A DNA stretch of 63,997 bases from a virus (Duplodnaviria > Caudoviricetes): the IMG/VR virus record IMGVR_UViG_3300038393_001965, positions 1-63,997 of that record; one strand, given 5' to 3'. The notes under the pieces are model-generated. The model was not told where the DNA came from. It saw only the letters and a list, made by a program, of their open reading frames with translations, and searched no databases. Within the stretch, counting starts at the first letter, position 1. Every line of letters starts with the position of its first letter. This document shows positions 1 through 10,023 of this stretch, one piece after another. The position numbers were made by a program, and so were the translations under genes.

Positions 1-40
1 ACGCCGCCGAGCTGCGCGCCGAAATCCAGAGGCCGCTGCG

Positions 41-331
41 ATGAACGATGCCGAGGTCCGCGCGGTCCCGGAATCGAATGGCTTCCGGGGCGAATTCAAG
101 AAGGTGCACCGCTCCGAGTGGGAAGTCGTCCGCGAGAACGGCCGGCCGCTACTCTTTGACACCAAGGATCAGGCCGAGGTCGCCGCATATCGCGCGCTGA
201 TGAAGCATCTTTTCGGCGACGGCATCGTGCGCGCCGGCGAGAAAGCATCATCTGCGATGACCGAGGCTGAAGCCAAGTTCGGCAAGCCGCTGCGCGGCGG
301 CGGCAAGACTGTCGCGGTGGAGCGCCGATGA
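41..331 (+). CDS. Hypothetical phage protein
   Basis: ORF coupled to the next gene by ATGA overlap. Confidence 0.7.
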   Translation: MNDAEVRAVPESNGFRGEFKKVHRSEWEVVRENGRPLLFDTKDQAEVAAYRALMKHLFGDGIVRAGEKASSAMTEAEAKFGKPLRGGGKTVAVERR

Positions 332-1095
332 GCAAAGGACCAGAATTCAAGACGGAAGCCGAACTCTGCGCCGCGTTCGTCGCCGCGTTGCCCGAGGGCT
401 GGACCGCCTACAACGAAACGGAAGGCTTTGACATCCTGCTCGCGCGCGCCGATGGCCTGCAGATCGGTGTCGAAGCCAAGCTGAGGCTCAATGCCGAGGT
501 CGTCGTCCAGGCCTCCAAAGAATGGGGCTACACCGCGAACGGGCCAGGGCCGGACTTCCGCGCTGTCCTTGTGCCTAGCGGTCGCGCGCAACATCATATG
601 TCCGCGATCTGCGCCATGCTGGGGATCACCGTCATCACCGTGGTGCATCCCGATGACCACACCGAGGAGCGCTACGGCTGGAAGCCGCCGGCGTTCCGGC
701 CCGATCTGCCCGACAAGAACACGCACAACTATTGGAGCGGCAAGGAGCACGACTGGTACGATCGCTGCCCGGCGGAGCGCTGCAAGCTCCCCGAATATGT
801 GCCCGACGTCGGCGCCGGGCACTCCGCGCCGGTGAGCCTGACGAACTGGAAGATACAGGCGATCAAGCTGCTGATCATCATGGAGCGCCGCGGGTTCGTC
901 ACCAAGACCGATTTCAAGCACGTCAAGATCGATCCCAGCCGTTGGACGCGGGATTGGCTGGAGCGCGGTGTCGAACGCGGCCAGTTCATCGCGGGGAAAT
1001 ACACCCCCGATCTGAAGGCTCAGCATCCGACGAACTGGGCCCAGATCGAGGCCGATTACGAGAAATGGAAGCCGACCGCCGAGGTCACCGCATAG
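328..1095 (+). CDS. Putative PD-(D/E)XK nuclease-like protein
   Basis: E...FDILL...GVEAKL motif; in the replication operon. Confidence 0.5.
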   Translation: MSKGPEFKTEAELCAAFVAALPEGWTAYNETEGFDILLARADGLQIGVEAKLRLNAEVVVQASKEWGYTANGPGPDFRAVLVPSGRAQHHMSAICAMLGITVITVVHPDDHTEERYGWKPPAFRPDLPDKNTHNYWSGKEHDWYDRCPAERCKLPEYVPDVGAGHSAPVSLTNWKIQAIKLLIIMERRGFVTKTDFKHVKIDPSRWTRDWLERGVERGQFIAGKYTPDLKAQHPTNWAQIEADYEKWKPTAEVTA

Positions 1096-1096
1096 C

Positions 1097-3370
1097 ATGC
1101 CAGCAGAAGAATTCTCCCGGCTGCTCGCGCAGCACATCGAGCCAGTGGCGCGCATGCTGCTCGGTGAACCTAACCCGCATATGTCGAAGCCCGGATCCGA
1201 GCTTCGCTGGGGCGCCGCCGGCTCGTTCTCCGTTGACCTTCAGAAGGGTGTCGCCTTCGACCACCAGGACAACGAGGGCGGCGGCACGCTTTGGCTGCTG
1301 GGCAAGCTGCAGGGTCTTAGCGAAGGCGAAGGGGTGGACTGGCTGCGCGACAACGGCTTCGATCTTCCCGGGAAGGCCCCGCAAGCGGGCAGCAACCAGC
1401 TCGCCGGCCCCGGCAAGAAGGAAACCGTCCAGACCTGGGATTACGTCGACGCCGACGGCAACCCGGTCTTCCAGGTTGCCAGGATCCAGACCAGGTTGCC
1501 CGACGGCTCCTGGAAGCTGAACAAGTACGGCAAGATCGAGAAGACCTTCATCCAACGCCGCCGCTTCGAGGAAGAAGCCGGGGTCTGGATCACCGGCCTC
1601 ATCGATGACGACTACATGAGGAAGGGCAAAGGCCAGAACTGGACCCGCTACTCCGCGGCAAACTTCGAGAAATGGAAGATGACGGAGCGCCGGCATTTCG
1701 CCGGCGTCGACGAGCTCCCCCTCTACAGACTGCCCGAGGTCCTCGAGGCGATCGCCATGGGTCAGGCCATCCACATCGTGGAAGGCGAAAAGAAGGCTGA
1801 TGCGCTCTGGGCCGTCGGCATCGCGGCGACCTGCAACGCCGGCGGTTCTAAGAAATGGGCGCCGCACTACAACGATATCCTCGCCGGCGCCCACATCGTC
1901 ATGATCCCGGACAACGACGACGTCGGTCGTGTCCACATGCAACTGGTCGGTTCTCAATTGCGGCCGCGGTCGGCCTCGGTCAGGATCCTCGACATCAGGG
2001 CGTTCTGGCCGGAGGCACCCAGCAAGGGTGACATCTGGGATTGGGCTCAATCCGGCGCCGATGTCGCCACCCTCTACGACATCGTCGATACGCATTCGAA
2101 ACCCTGGACGAAGGAGTTCCCGAAATCCCGCTTCAACGCGGTGCCGTTCGCGCGTCTCGATGAGCCCGGCCAGGAGCACGAATACCTCATCTTCGAGATC
2201 CTCACCCGGCATGAGGTCGCCGTGATCTATGGCGAATCCGGGTCCGGCAAAAGCTTCGAAGCCATCGATCTCGGTATGGCGGTGTGTCGTGGAGTCGATT
2301 TCAACGGTCGTGCCGTCAGGCGTGGCGGCGTCATCTACCAGGCCGGCGAAGGTGGCATCGGGGTGAAGAAACGCATCCGGGCGTATCGACAAACCTACAT
2401 GGACAAGGATGAGAACCCCGACTTCATCCTGTTGCCGGCCCGTGTCGATCTCTTCGCGAAGTCCGAGGAAGACGTGGAAACCTCGCGCGGGACCGATGCT
2501 CTCATCGCCGAGATCAAGGCCTGGGCAGATACCTTCAGCTCACCGCTCGAGCTCGTCGTCATCGATACGCTCGCGACGGCGACCCCGGGTGCCAACGAAA
2601 ACGCGTCCACGGACATGTCGGTGGTGCTCAACAACCTGGAGCGGATCCGCGATGAGTGCCACACCGCGGTGCTCATGGTCCACCACAAGCCGCGGAACGG
2701 GAATAACCCGCGCGGGCACTCCTCGCTGTTCGCCAACGTCGACAACGCGATCGAGTTGGAGATCACGCAGCGGCTCGACATCACGAACCGCGACGACGGC
2801 ACCCAGCTGATCCGTCAGATCCACCGCGCCACGGTACAGAAGAACAAGGATGGCGAGCGTGGGCACGGCTGGGATTTTGTCCTCAAGCAGGTCGTGTTGG
2901 GAAAGCGACCGACCGGCGAGCTGCTCACGAGCGTGGTCTGCGCGAAACCCGGCGGTCAGACCCCGGAGGCCAACGACGAGAACAAGCTGAGCGACCAGCA
3001 GAAGATCGCGATGACGGCGCTGATGAAGGCAATCGAGGAATACGGTGAGGCCCCATCCCCGATGCTGAAACTCCCACGAGGCATCGCCCGGGTGGTTCGC
3101 ATGGGGTATTGGCGTCAGGAATACGCGTCGATCAGCCTGATCGATGATGAGGACCCAAAGAAGAAGTCGGAGCGCATCAAGAAGGGTTTGCAGCGCGCCG
3201 GCGAACGTTTCCTTGGCGCACGCTGGATCGGTCGCGCCGAGCCATATGTGTGGCTCACCGGCAAGCCGGTTCCGGGGTTCAAGCGCGCCACCGATGCGAA
3301 CTACGTCTCGGAGCCAGAACCGATGAGCGCCGGGATGGCCGAGGTGATCGATGGAGACATCCAGCTATGA
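1097..3370 (+). CDS. Primase-helicase (TOPRIM + RepA/AAA_25 helicase)
   Basis: IVEGEKKAD and IPDND TOPRIM motifs; Walker A GESGSGKS; VVIDTL Walker B; VHH...RGHSSL. Confidence 0.9.
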   Translation: MPAEEFSRLLAQHIEPVARMLLGEPNPHMSKPGSELRWGAAGSFSVDLQKGVAFDHQDNEGGGTLWLLGKLQGLSEGEGVDWLRDNGFDLPGKAPQAGSNQLAGPGKKETVQTWDYVDADGNPVFQVARIQTRLPDGSWKLNKYGKIEKTFIQRRRFEEEAGVWITGLIDDDYMRKGKGQNWTRYSAANFEKWKMTERRHFAGVDELPLYRLPEVLEAIAMGQAIHIVEGEKKADALWAVGIAATCNAGGSKKWAPHYNDILAGAHIVMIPDNDDVGRVHMQLVGSQLRPRSASVRILDIRAFWPEAPSKGDIWDWAQSGADVATLYDIVDTHSKPWTKEFPKSRFNAVPFARLDEPGQEHEYLIFEILTRHEVAVIYGESGSGKSFEAIDLGMAVCRGVDFNGRAVRRGGVIYQAGEGGIGVKKRIRAYRQTYMDKDENPDFILLPARVDLFAKSEEDVETSRGTDALIAEIKAWADTFSSPLELVVIDTLATATPGANENASTDMSVVLNNLERIRDECHTAVLMVHHKPRNGNNPRGHSSLFANVDNAIELEITQRLDITNRDDGTQLIRQIHRATVQKNKDGERGHGWDFVLKQVVLGKRPTGELLTSVVCAKPGGQTPEANDENKLSDQQKIAMTALMKAIEEYGEAPSPMLKLPRGIARVVRMGYWRQEYASISLIDDEDPKKKSERIKKGLQRAGERFLGARWIGRAEPYVWLTGKPVPGFKRATDANYVSEPEPMSAGMAEVIDGDIQL

Positions 3371-3372
3371 CG

Positions 3373-3538
3373 GATGTCCCGTTGTTGTCCCGCTCGATGT
3401 CCCCCCATGGATTTTGCGGTGAAATAACGCAAAGCCTTGCATCGCATGGGGTTGCGCTTCATCGGAGGCGGCGCATCGCCGATGCGGTGAAATGGCTCGA
3501 TGTCCCCGTAGTCCCGCAAATGTCCCCTGCGATGTCCC
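3373..3538 (+). repeat. Iteron-like cluster A, 7 copies of (GA)TGTCCC-like motif
   Basis: Copies at 3373, 3385, 3396, 3499, 3509, 3519, 3531, spaced ~10-12 bp, directly after the primase-helicase stop. Confidence 0.75.
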
Positions 3539-3554
3539 GCCACAGGAGGGCGTG

Positions 3555-3833
3555 TTGACCTCCGAAATCCGTGTCGAAGCCCTTCCGTTTGGTGATCACT
3601 ACCTCGCCGTCTTCCGCGAGACCGGCACCACCGACGTCATCCTGGACGGCCCCGACGGGAGACCCCAGCGCTTCACCAGCGCGTACGCCGCGATTACCGC
3701 TGGAAAGGCGACGCTGGTCCCCGCCGCTGCCGGCCTAAAGGCGCAGGCGAAAACGTTCCGCGCCGATCGCACCCGCGGCGCCGATGAGGAACGACGCAGC
3801 GTCTTCTCCGCTTTCGATCGGGGGGAACCGTGA
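3555..3833 (+). CDS. Hypothetical protein
   Basis: AGGAGG RBS before GTG/TTG start; GTGA overlap with next gene. Confidence 0.65.
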   Translation: MTSEIRVEALPFGDHYLAVFRETGTTDVILDGPDGRPQRFTSAYAAITAGKATLVPAAAGLKAQAKTFRADRTRGADEERRSVFSAFDRGEP

Positions 3834-4261
3834 AGCACCGCTGCGACATCTTCAAGGTTGCGGAGCAGTGCGGCGTCAAGCTGCTGAAGCCGGCCGATCA
3901 CCGCCCATTACGGCGACGAGCCCGAGAATGCTTCGCGAAGAAGACTCTGAAGAGGATCGGGCAACGGCGAGGCGAAGCTCATCTCGCCCTCACCCTTCGC
4001 TTGATCGTGGAAACCGGGGACAACGCGGCGGAGCTCTACAGCGAGACCATCCAGGCGATCTCGGCCGTGCTGGAGAACCCCGCGATCGAGGCGCGCGGCG
4101 GCCGCCTCTTCGACGAGTTCGACAAGATTGGTCTCGCCGAGATCCGACATCAAGCCAAGATGCTCGCCGTCGGATTACCGCTGACACACGTCATGCGGGT
4201 GCTGCTGGCGGTTAGACTGGCCGATGGTATAGTTGATGCCGGCGGCAGGAGGGCGGCGTGA
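3830..4261 (+). CDS. Hypothetical protein
   Basis: Coupled ORF (GTGA overlaps at both ends). Confidence 0.7.
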   Translation: MKHRCDIFKVAEQCGVKLLKPADHRPLRRRARECFAKKTLKRIGQRRGEAHLALTLRLIVETGDNAAELYSETIQAISAVLENPAIEARGGRLFDEFDKIGLAEIRHQAKMLAVGLPLTHVMRVLLAVRLADGIVDAGGRRAA

Positions 4262-4617
4262 AGCTTTACACCCGGGACAAGTTCATGGCGCTTCCCGCCG
4301 GCGTCTTCTTCGTGAAGATGGCCGGCAAATGGGCTAACCAGGATCTATGCGTCAAGGGCGAGACCATCATTGGTCGAGAGGGTCGCGCGATAGACTTCTA
4401 CGAACAGACACTCAACATCATTGATTTCGCAGATTCGAACGTCCTTGTTGAACAGCTCGAAGAGATGCTCGAGGCAGGCGCGTCCTACCCATACAACCGA
4501 ACCGACGGCCGAGACGGCATGTTCGATGATGGCGACATGTTCCTGGTCTATGAGCGCGAGGATCTCGCTGGGCTGGCGGATCAGATCAGAACGGCGATCG
4601 AGGTCAGCCCAACGTGA
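4258..4617 (+). CDS. Hypothetical protein
   Basis: Coupled ORF. Confidence 0.7.
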   Translation: MKLYTRDKFMALPAGVFFVKMAGKWANQDLCVKGETIIGREGRAIDFYEQTLNIIDFADSNVLVEQLEEMLEAGASYPYNRTDGRDGMFDDGDMFLVYEREDLAGLADQIRTAIEVSPT

Positions 4618-5210
4618 CAGCCTGGACCGCCAAAGCCGTCGAACACCGCGTTCTCGAAGCCGCTGAAACCCTGATGCTATGCCCGAACCATCATGCCGGC
4701 GGTGTCACAGCCTGGCCGGAGGTGGTGCGCTCCAAAGAGGACGCCTACGGCTATGAGGCCGCCACCTACAAGCGGCTGCCCTCACCCGGCGCGCTCTCCA
4801 GGATGTCGACGACATGGGGATGGATCAATGCGCATCCGGTTGAGTCGGATCGCAAGTTGCTCTACGCCTGGGCCTGGCAGAAGACCAAAAAAGGTAAATT
4901 CCTCAACGATTTCGCCTCCCGCGAAGGCATCAATTCCCGTACGCTTCGGCGCGCGATAACCGCGATCTGCCAAGCCATTGCGGATCGCTTGAACCAACGC
5001 GAAATCGCGTGGTCGGACCAACGCGTTGACGTGGTGTCCGAAATCGAGCCAGAAAACGCGCCAGAACAGGTATCGTTCCACAGGCATGCCAACCACTTCA
5101 TGGAGCCTGGGGCGAGACCGAGGTTTCCGACACCGGCCGAGATCAAGGCCCTGGCGAAGCGCCTCGAAAAGCAGAACCGGAAGCGGGCTCGCACCAAAGC
5201 CCACGCATGA
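4614..5210 (+). CDS. DUF6362-like protein, candidate late-gene regulator
   Basis: WT...VEHRVLEAAETL...WPE...PSPGALSRM...W pattern with C-terminal HTH-like segment; occupies the Q-like position before packaging genes. Confidence 0.55.
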   Translation: MTAWTAKAVEHRVLEAAETLMLCPNHHAGGVTAWPEVVRSKEDAYGYEAATYKRLPSPGALSRMSTTWGWINAHPVESDRKLLYAWAWQKTKKGKFLNDFASREGINSRTLRRAITAICQAIADRLNQREIAWSDQRVDVVSEIEPENAPEQVSFHRHANHFMEPGARPRFPTPAEIKALAKRLEKQNRKRARTKAHA

Positions 5211-5260
5211 TTCCCCTGGTGATCACCAGATAGCGTCAAGCTAATTCGGCGGATTATGGT

Positions 5261-5367
5261 GGGACATCCCGGGGACATCCTCGCCCAGGCAACCACCCGA
5301 TAAACCCTTATCCTTCCGTCGCCAGCGGGACATCAACGGGGACGCCACCCGGGACATCGGGGACAAC
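5261..5367 (-). repeat. Iteron-like cluster B, 6 copies of GGGAC(ATC), inverted relative to cluster A
   Basis: Copies at 5261, 5272, 5327, 5339, 5351, 5360. Confidence 0.75.
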
Positions 5368-5591
5368 ACGCTCTTGTGATTATGAGATCGATGCTCCCGC
5401 AATGCAGTGTCTCGCGCATCCTCCCCTCGCGTAGACGCCAAGTTCTGATAGGAAGAGACCTTACGGCGAGCGCGTCAGCGCGATGACGCCGTCGTAGAGC
5501 TATACGTTCTCAAGGTATGCTCTACACAAAGAAAAGAGCGCTCGCTTGCGCGAGCTCCTCTGTATCGAACGTTCATCAAGGTCAGCATGTA

Positions 5592-5921
5592 ATGGCGAAA
5601 CAGATCGGTCCTTCGGTCCGACAGCTCGACATGCGCACCGCCCTACCGGCAGCCAAGAAGGCTGATGCCGAGCTGCTTACCCCGGAACATCGAGCTTGGC
5701 GGGAGGTCGTCCTGCAGCGTGCTGGCTTTAGATGCCAGGCCGTTGAGGACGGCCGTCGTTGCGCCGTCTCGTATCCATCACGCCTCTTCGCTGACCACAT
5801 CGTCGAGCGAAAGGACGGTGGTGCTCCGGTCGACCTCGACAACGGTCAATGCCTCTGCGGGAGGCACCACACCATCAAGACCACCGCTGCTCGAGCTGAA
5901 CGGATGAAGGTCCGCTTCTGA
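5592..5921 (+). CDS. HNH endonuclease (terminase cofactor, HK97 gp74-like)
   Basis: ADHIVE...GG...NGQCLCGRHH; directly upstream of the terminase genes. Confidence 0.9.
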   Translation: MAKQIGPSVRQLDMRTALPAAKKADAELLTPEHRAWREVVLQRAGFRCQAVEDGRRCAVSYPSRLFADHIVERKDGGAPVDLDNGQCLCGRHHTIKTTAARAERMKVRF

Positions 5922-6301
5922 TGAAGAACACGTTCAAGATCACGGTGGGTGAGACCCCTGCCTTGTGCAGCATCGAATTAAACGGCCAGAAGCTGCACGG
6001 CGTCACTAGCGTCTCCTTCGACCTCGATGGTCAGAGGAAACCAAGCGCTCTCCGACTGGAGATCATCGGCGAGATCCTGGTCGACGGTGAGTTCCACGAC
6101 CGTGTCATCGCGTCGACGGAACCGCACGATCCCGACAGACAACCCCGAGACGTTGAACTGGGGGGGGTCTCAATCTCTGGGCGAACTGGGGGTCGGAACC
6201 GCCCGGGGCTCATGTTCACAAAATTTTTTTCGCCACCCCGGAAAACTGGATTGTGGCGCCCGGAACCCGAAAATAATCGGTTGTTGTCGAAGCCAGCATG
6301 A
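5921..6301 (+). CDS. Hypothetical protein; 3' end runs over the putative cos region
   Basis: TGATG coupling to HNH. Confidence 0.55.
   Translation: MKNTFKITVGETPALCSIELNGQKLHGVTSVSFDLDGQRKPSALRLEIIGEILVDGEFHDRVIASTEPHDPDRQPRDVELGGVSISGRTGGRNRPGLMFTKFFSPPRKTGLWRPEPENNRLLSKPA
6159..6232. other. Putative cos / packaging initiation region
   Basis: G-run ... AAAATTTTTTT between HNH and terS, the usual cos position in HK97-like phages. Confidence 0.45.
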
Positions 6302-6756
6302 AGACACCCAAACGCGGACGCGGTCGGCCGGCGTTCAAGCCGACGCCCGCGATGCGGCGCATCGTCGAGCTGATGGTCTCCTGCGGCGACAGCAAGGAAA
6401 CGGTCTCCCGGGCGATCGGTTGCTCGGTGCCGACGCTCGAACTCCATTTCGACGAGGAGTTGAAGAACGGTTACGCGAAGAAGCGCCGTGAGATCCTGAC
6501 CTGGATGGAGCGAGGCGCGCGGAAGGGTAATGCCACCCTGATCAAGCGGCTCGAGGAGATGACCAGGGTTACCGGTGCCGCGGCGGACTTCGAGGCACAG
6601 CAGAAAGACGGCAACGCAGCTGCGCCTGTCGCTGGCCCTGCGCGGGCGGCAAAGCGCGGCAAGAAGGAAGTCCAACGCGAGGACGCCTTTCACGCCGGCA
6701 CGAATTCCGAATGGGGTGACGATCTCGCACCGATCGCGGGCACGAAGCCGAACTGA
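6298..6756 (+). CDS. terS: Terminase small subunit
   Basis: GRGRP + HTH (IGCSVPTLELHF), KKE...A..AG C-terminus; coupled to terL. Confidence 0.8.
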   Translation: MKTPKRGRGRPAFKPTPAMRRIVELMVSCGDSKETVSRAIGCSVPTLELHFDEELKNGYAKKRREILTWMERGARKGNATLIKRLEEMTRVTGAAADFEAQQKDGNAAAPVAGPARAAKRGKKEVQREDAFHAGTNSEWGDDLAPIAGTKPN

Positions 6757-8612
6757 TGACGTGGTCGACAGCGTGCCTCGACTGGGAGGCTCGCATAGTC
6801 TCTGGCCGTAGCCTGATCCCCGACGGCCTACCCATCGACAGCGCACGCGCGGAGAAGGCGCTGCGCATCTTCAAGCGGCTGCGGGTGAAGGACATCATCG
6901 GCAAGCCGACGCTGGGCGAGGTCTGCCCTCAGTGGATCTTCGATCTCGTATGGGTCGTCTTCGGCGCCCATGATAGCGTGGCAAAACGGCAGCTGATCCG
7001 CGAATTCCTCATCCTGATCAGCAAGAAAAACGCGAAATCGACACTCGCCGCCGGCATTATGGTGACAGCGCTGATCATGAATCAGCGGGCGATGGGCGAG
7101 TATCTGATCCTGGCGCCGACAAAGGACGTCGCCGACAACAGCTTCCTGCCGGCACACGGCATGATCACCGAGGACGACGCGCTCTATAAGCGGTTCAAGC
7201 CCAGCGATTCTACCCGCGAGATCGTCAACCGGTTGGATGGGTCTGTCCTGGCGGTGAAGTCGGCTGACGCCGACGTCGTCGGCGGGCAGAAAGCAATCAG
7301 CTTTTTCGTCGACGAGGTCTGGCTTTTCGGCAAGAAGGCGTCCTCGGCGAACGTGTTGTCGGAGGTTGCCGGTTCGCAGGCGTCGCGACCGGAAGGGTTC
7401 GGGATCTATGCCACGACGCAGAGCGACGACCCGCCGACCGGCGTCTTCGCGTCGAAGCTGCTCTATCATCGCGGCGTTCGTGATGGCAAAATCGACGATC
7501 CGACGTCGCTCCCCCTGATTTATGAATATCCCGGGGAGATGGCGAAGGAGAAGGCTTGGCGAGACCCGAAGACTTGGCACATCCCGAATCCGAGCCTTGG
7601 GTATTCCGTCGACAAGCAGTGGTTGACCACCGAGCTGCGCAAGAAGGAGCTCGAAGGCACCGCCGAACTCAGCCTTTTCGTCTCGAAGCACTTCAACATC
7701 GAAGCCGGACTTGGGCTGAAGTCTGGCAGCTGGGCCGGTGCCGAATTCTGGCTCGAAAACCCGAAGACAGGGAAGTCGAACGTCGACCGATCGTTGACGC
7801 TCCATGAAGTGATCCGCCGATCGGAAGTCATCACCATCGGTATCGACGGTGGTGGTCTCGACGATTTGCTCGGTCTTGCTGTGCTCGGTCGTGAGGAATG
7901 GAGTGGCGATCTCCTGTTGTGGTCGCACGCCTGGGCGCACGAGATCGTGAAGTCGCGGCGAACCGATATCGCGTCGAAGTTGGATGAGCTCTCCGACGCC
8001 AAGGAGTTGACCTTCGTCAAGCTGCCTGGTGAGGACGTCTACCAGCTCGCGCAGATCGTCTTCGAGGTCGAGGATTCGGGCAAGCTCGCTTTCGAGAATT
8101 CGATCGGCGTCGACTCATTCGGTGTCGCCGCTATCACCAAGGCGCTGACCGGAGAAGAAAGCCCGATCGACAAGGACCGCATCGTCGGTATTTCGCAGGG
8201 CTGGAAGCTCAACGGCGCCATCAAGGACACCGAGCGTGATCTCGCCGGCGGCGTCATCAAGCATAACGGCGGCGCCCTGATGAGCTTCGCCGTCGGCAAC
8301 GCGAAGGTGGTGCCGCGCGGTAACGCGATCTCGATCGACAAGCAGGAATCCGGCTCCGCCAAGATCGATCCACTGATGGCGGCCATTCACGCCAAAGTCC
8401 TCATGGGGCTCAATCCCCAGCCGGGTCGATCCGTGTACGACATCATGGATGATGAGGAAGAAGGCGCCGTTTCGCAGGAATCGGATGCCGAAGACCCGCT
8501 ATCAGACGACATCGACCCGCAGATCCTTGCCGATCCTTGGCATCCGCGGTGGCAAGAGATGAAGGACCGGTGGGAGCGCAAGCACCTGGCCGGCGACGAG
8601 GAAGTGTACTGA
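6756..8612 (+). CDS. terL: Terminase large subunit
   Basis: Walker A ISKKNAKST; FVDEVW; NPSLG; GIDGGGLDDL; KIDPLMA. Confidence 0.95.
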   Translation: MTWSTACLDWEARIVSGRSLIPDGLPIDSARAEKALRIFKRLRVKDIIGKPTLGEVCPQWIFDLVWVVFGAHDSVAKRQLIREFLILISKKNAKSTLAAGIMVTALIMNQRAMGEYLILAPTKDVADNSFLPAHGMITEDDALYKRFKPSDSTREIVNRLDGSVLAVKSADADVVGGQKAISFFVDEVWLFGKKASSANVLSEVAGSQASRPEGFGIYATTQSDDPPTGVFASKLLYHRGVRDGKIDDPTSLPLIYEYPGEMAKEKAWRDPKTWHIPNPSLGYSVDKQWLTTELRKKELEGTAELSLFVSKHFNIEAGLGLKSGSWAGAEFWLENPKTGKSNVDRSLTLHEVIRRSEVITIGIDGGGLDDLLGLAVLGREEWSGDLLLWSHAWAHEIVKSRRTDIASKLDELSDAKELTFVKLPGEDVYQLAQIVFEVEDSGKLAFENSIGVDSFGVAAITKALTGEESPIDKDRIVGISQGWKLNGAIKDTERDLAGGVIKHNGGALMSFAVGNAKVVPRGNAISIDKQESGSAKIDPLMAAIHAKVLMGLNPQPGRSVYDIMDDEEEGAVSQESDAEDPLSDDIDPQILADPWHPRWQEMKDRWERKHLAGDEEVY

Positions 8613-8616
8613 TCCC

Positions 8617-10023
8617 ATGACAGCCATCGCCTCGGTGCCGCGTGTCCGGATCAAGGGCACAGGCATCTATATCAACGAGCTCTTCGCGCAGCGCGAGGTG
8701 ACGGAGCCGCGTTACCCAAATCGTCGTCGCGTTTATGATGGGCCGCGCACGCTCGCCGGCGTCGCGATCACACCGGACACTGCCGTCACGATCTCGACGG
8801 TCTGGGCGTGCCTTCGCTACCTCTCGCAGACCGTTGGGGTGATGCCCTGGCGCGTCATGAAGGAGGTACGACAAGGCGCCGACATCCAGAAGAACCATCC
8901 TGTCGACTGGCTACTCTATAAGCGGCCGAGTGCGGAATGGTCGTCGATGCAGTTCCGCGAGACGCTCACCCACTGGGCGCTCCGCTGGGGTAATGGTTAC
9001 GCCGAGATCGAGCCCGACCAGCTCGACCGGCCCTTTGCGATGTGGCCGATCCATCCGGAGCGCGTCTATGTCTGCCGGGCCATCGAGGATGGCTATAGCA
9101 GCTCCGGCGATCCGATCCTCACCGGCGAGTTGTTCTACGACGTCAACAACGGTGACGGCACCGGCGGTGGCCGCATCAAGATCGCGGCGAAGAGGATGTT
9201 TCACATCCGCGGCTTCGGTGAAGGTCCAGTTGGCGTCAACGTTATCCATTACGCGGCCGAAACGCTCGGTTGGGCGAAGGCGGCGCAACTCTTCGGTGCC
9301 TCGTTCTTCGGTAATGGCGCCACCCCGGCGACGGTTGTTCTTAACAAGAAGCCGCTGAAGACGAAGGGGCTGCAGCGGCAGCGCGCTGAATTTGAGCAGC
9401 TCTACAAAGGGCCGCGCAACGCCAACAAGACGGCGTTCCTCGACAACGAAGCCGATATCAAGACAATCGGTCTCGATGCCGAAAAAAGCCAACTGCTGCA
9501 GACCCACCAATATCTCGTCGAGGAGATCTGCCGGTGGTTTGGTGTACCGCCGCATAAGGTCATGCATCTCCTGCGGGCGACGTTCTCCAACATCGAGCAG
9601 CAGGGCATCGAGGTCGTCGTCGACAGCATTTCCCCATGGGTGAAGCGTTTCGAGGATGAGGCTGATTTCAAACTGTTCGGCCAGAACCGCGGCAACCTCT
9701 ACACCAAGATCAACATGCGGGCGCTGATGCGGGGCGATTCCCAGACGCGCGGCGAATACTACAAGCTGATGCGGGAAGCCGGTGCCTATTCGCCGAACCG
9801 GATCCTGCAGCTCGAGGACGAAAACACGATCGGTCCCGATGGCGACATCCACACGATGAATTCGACGTACACCACGCTCGAGCGGATCGCGAACCCGCCG
9901 GAGCCGACGGCTCCGCCCCAAAAGCAGCCGCCGGCCGAACCTGCGAACGGCCCCGTCGACGCCGCTACGGAGACGACGCTGCAGCGGATCGAACGCGAAC
10001 TGGAGTTGGTTGATGCCGCTTAA
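8617..10023 (+). CDS. Portal protein, HK97 family
   Basis: [43 protein letters not shown]. Confidence 0.95.
   Translation: MTAIASVPRVRIKGTGIYINELFAQREVTEPRYPNRRRVYDGPRTLAGVAITPDTAVTISTVWACLRYLSQTVGVMPWRVMKEVRQGADIQKNHPVDWLLYKRPSAEWSSMQFRETLTHWALRWGNGYAEIEPDQLDRPFAMWPIHPERVYVCRAIEDGYSSSGDPILTGELFYDVNNGDGTGGGRIKIAAKRMFHIRGFGEGPVGVNVIHYAAETLGWAKAAQLFGASFFGNGATPATVVLNKKPLKTKGLQRQRAEFEQLYKGPRNANKTAFLDNEADIKTIGLDAEKSQLLQTHQYLVEEICRWFGVPPHKVMHLLRATFSNIEQQGIEVVVDSISPWVKRFEDEADFKLFGQNRGNLYTKINMRALMRGDSQTRGEYYKLMREAGAYSPNRILQLEDENTIGPDGDIHTMNSTYTTLERIANPPEPTAPPQKQPPAEPANGPVDAATETTLQRIERELELVDAA

Noticed and set aside
3373-5367. Invertible segment or transposon ends
   Set aside because: Repeats are short, multiple and helically phased; no invertase or transposase is enclosed
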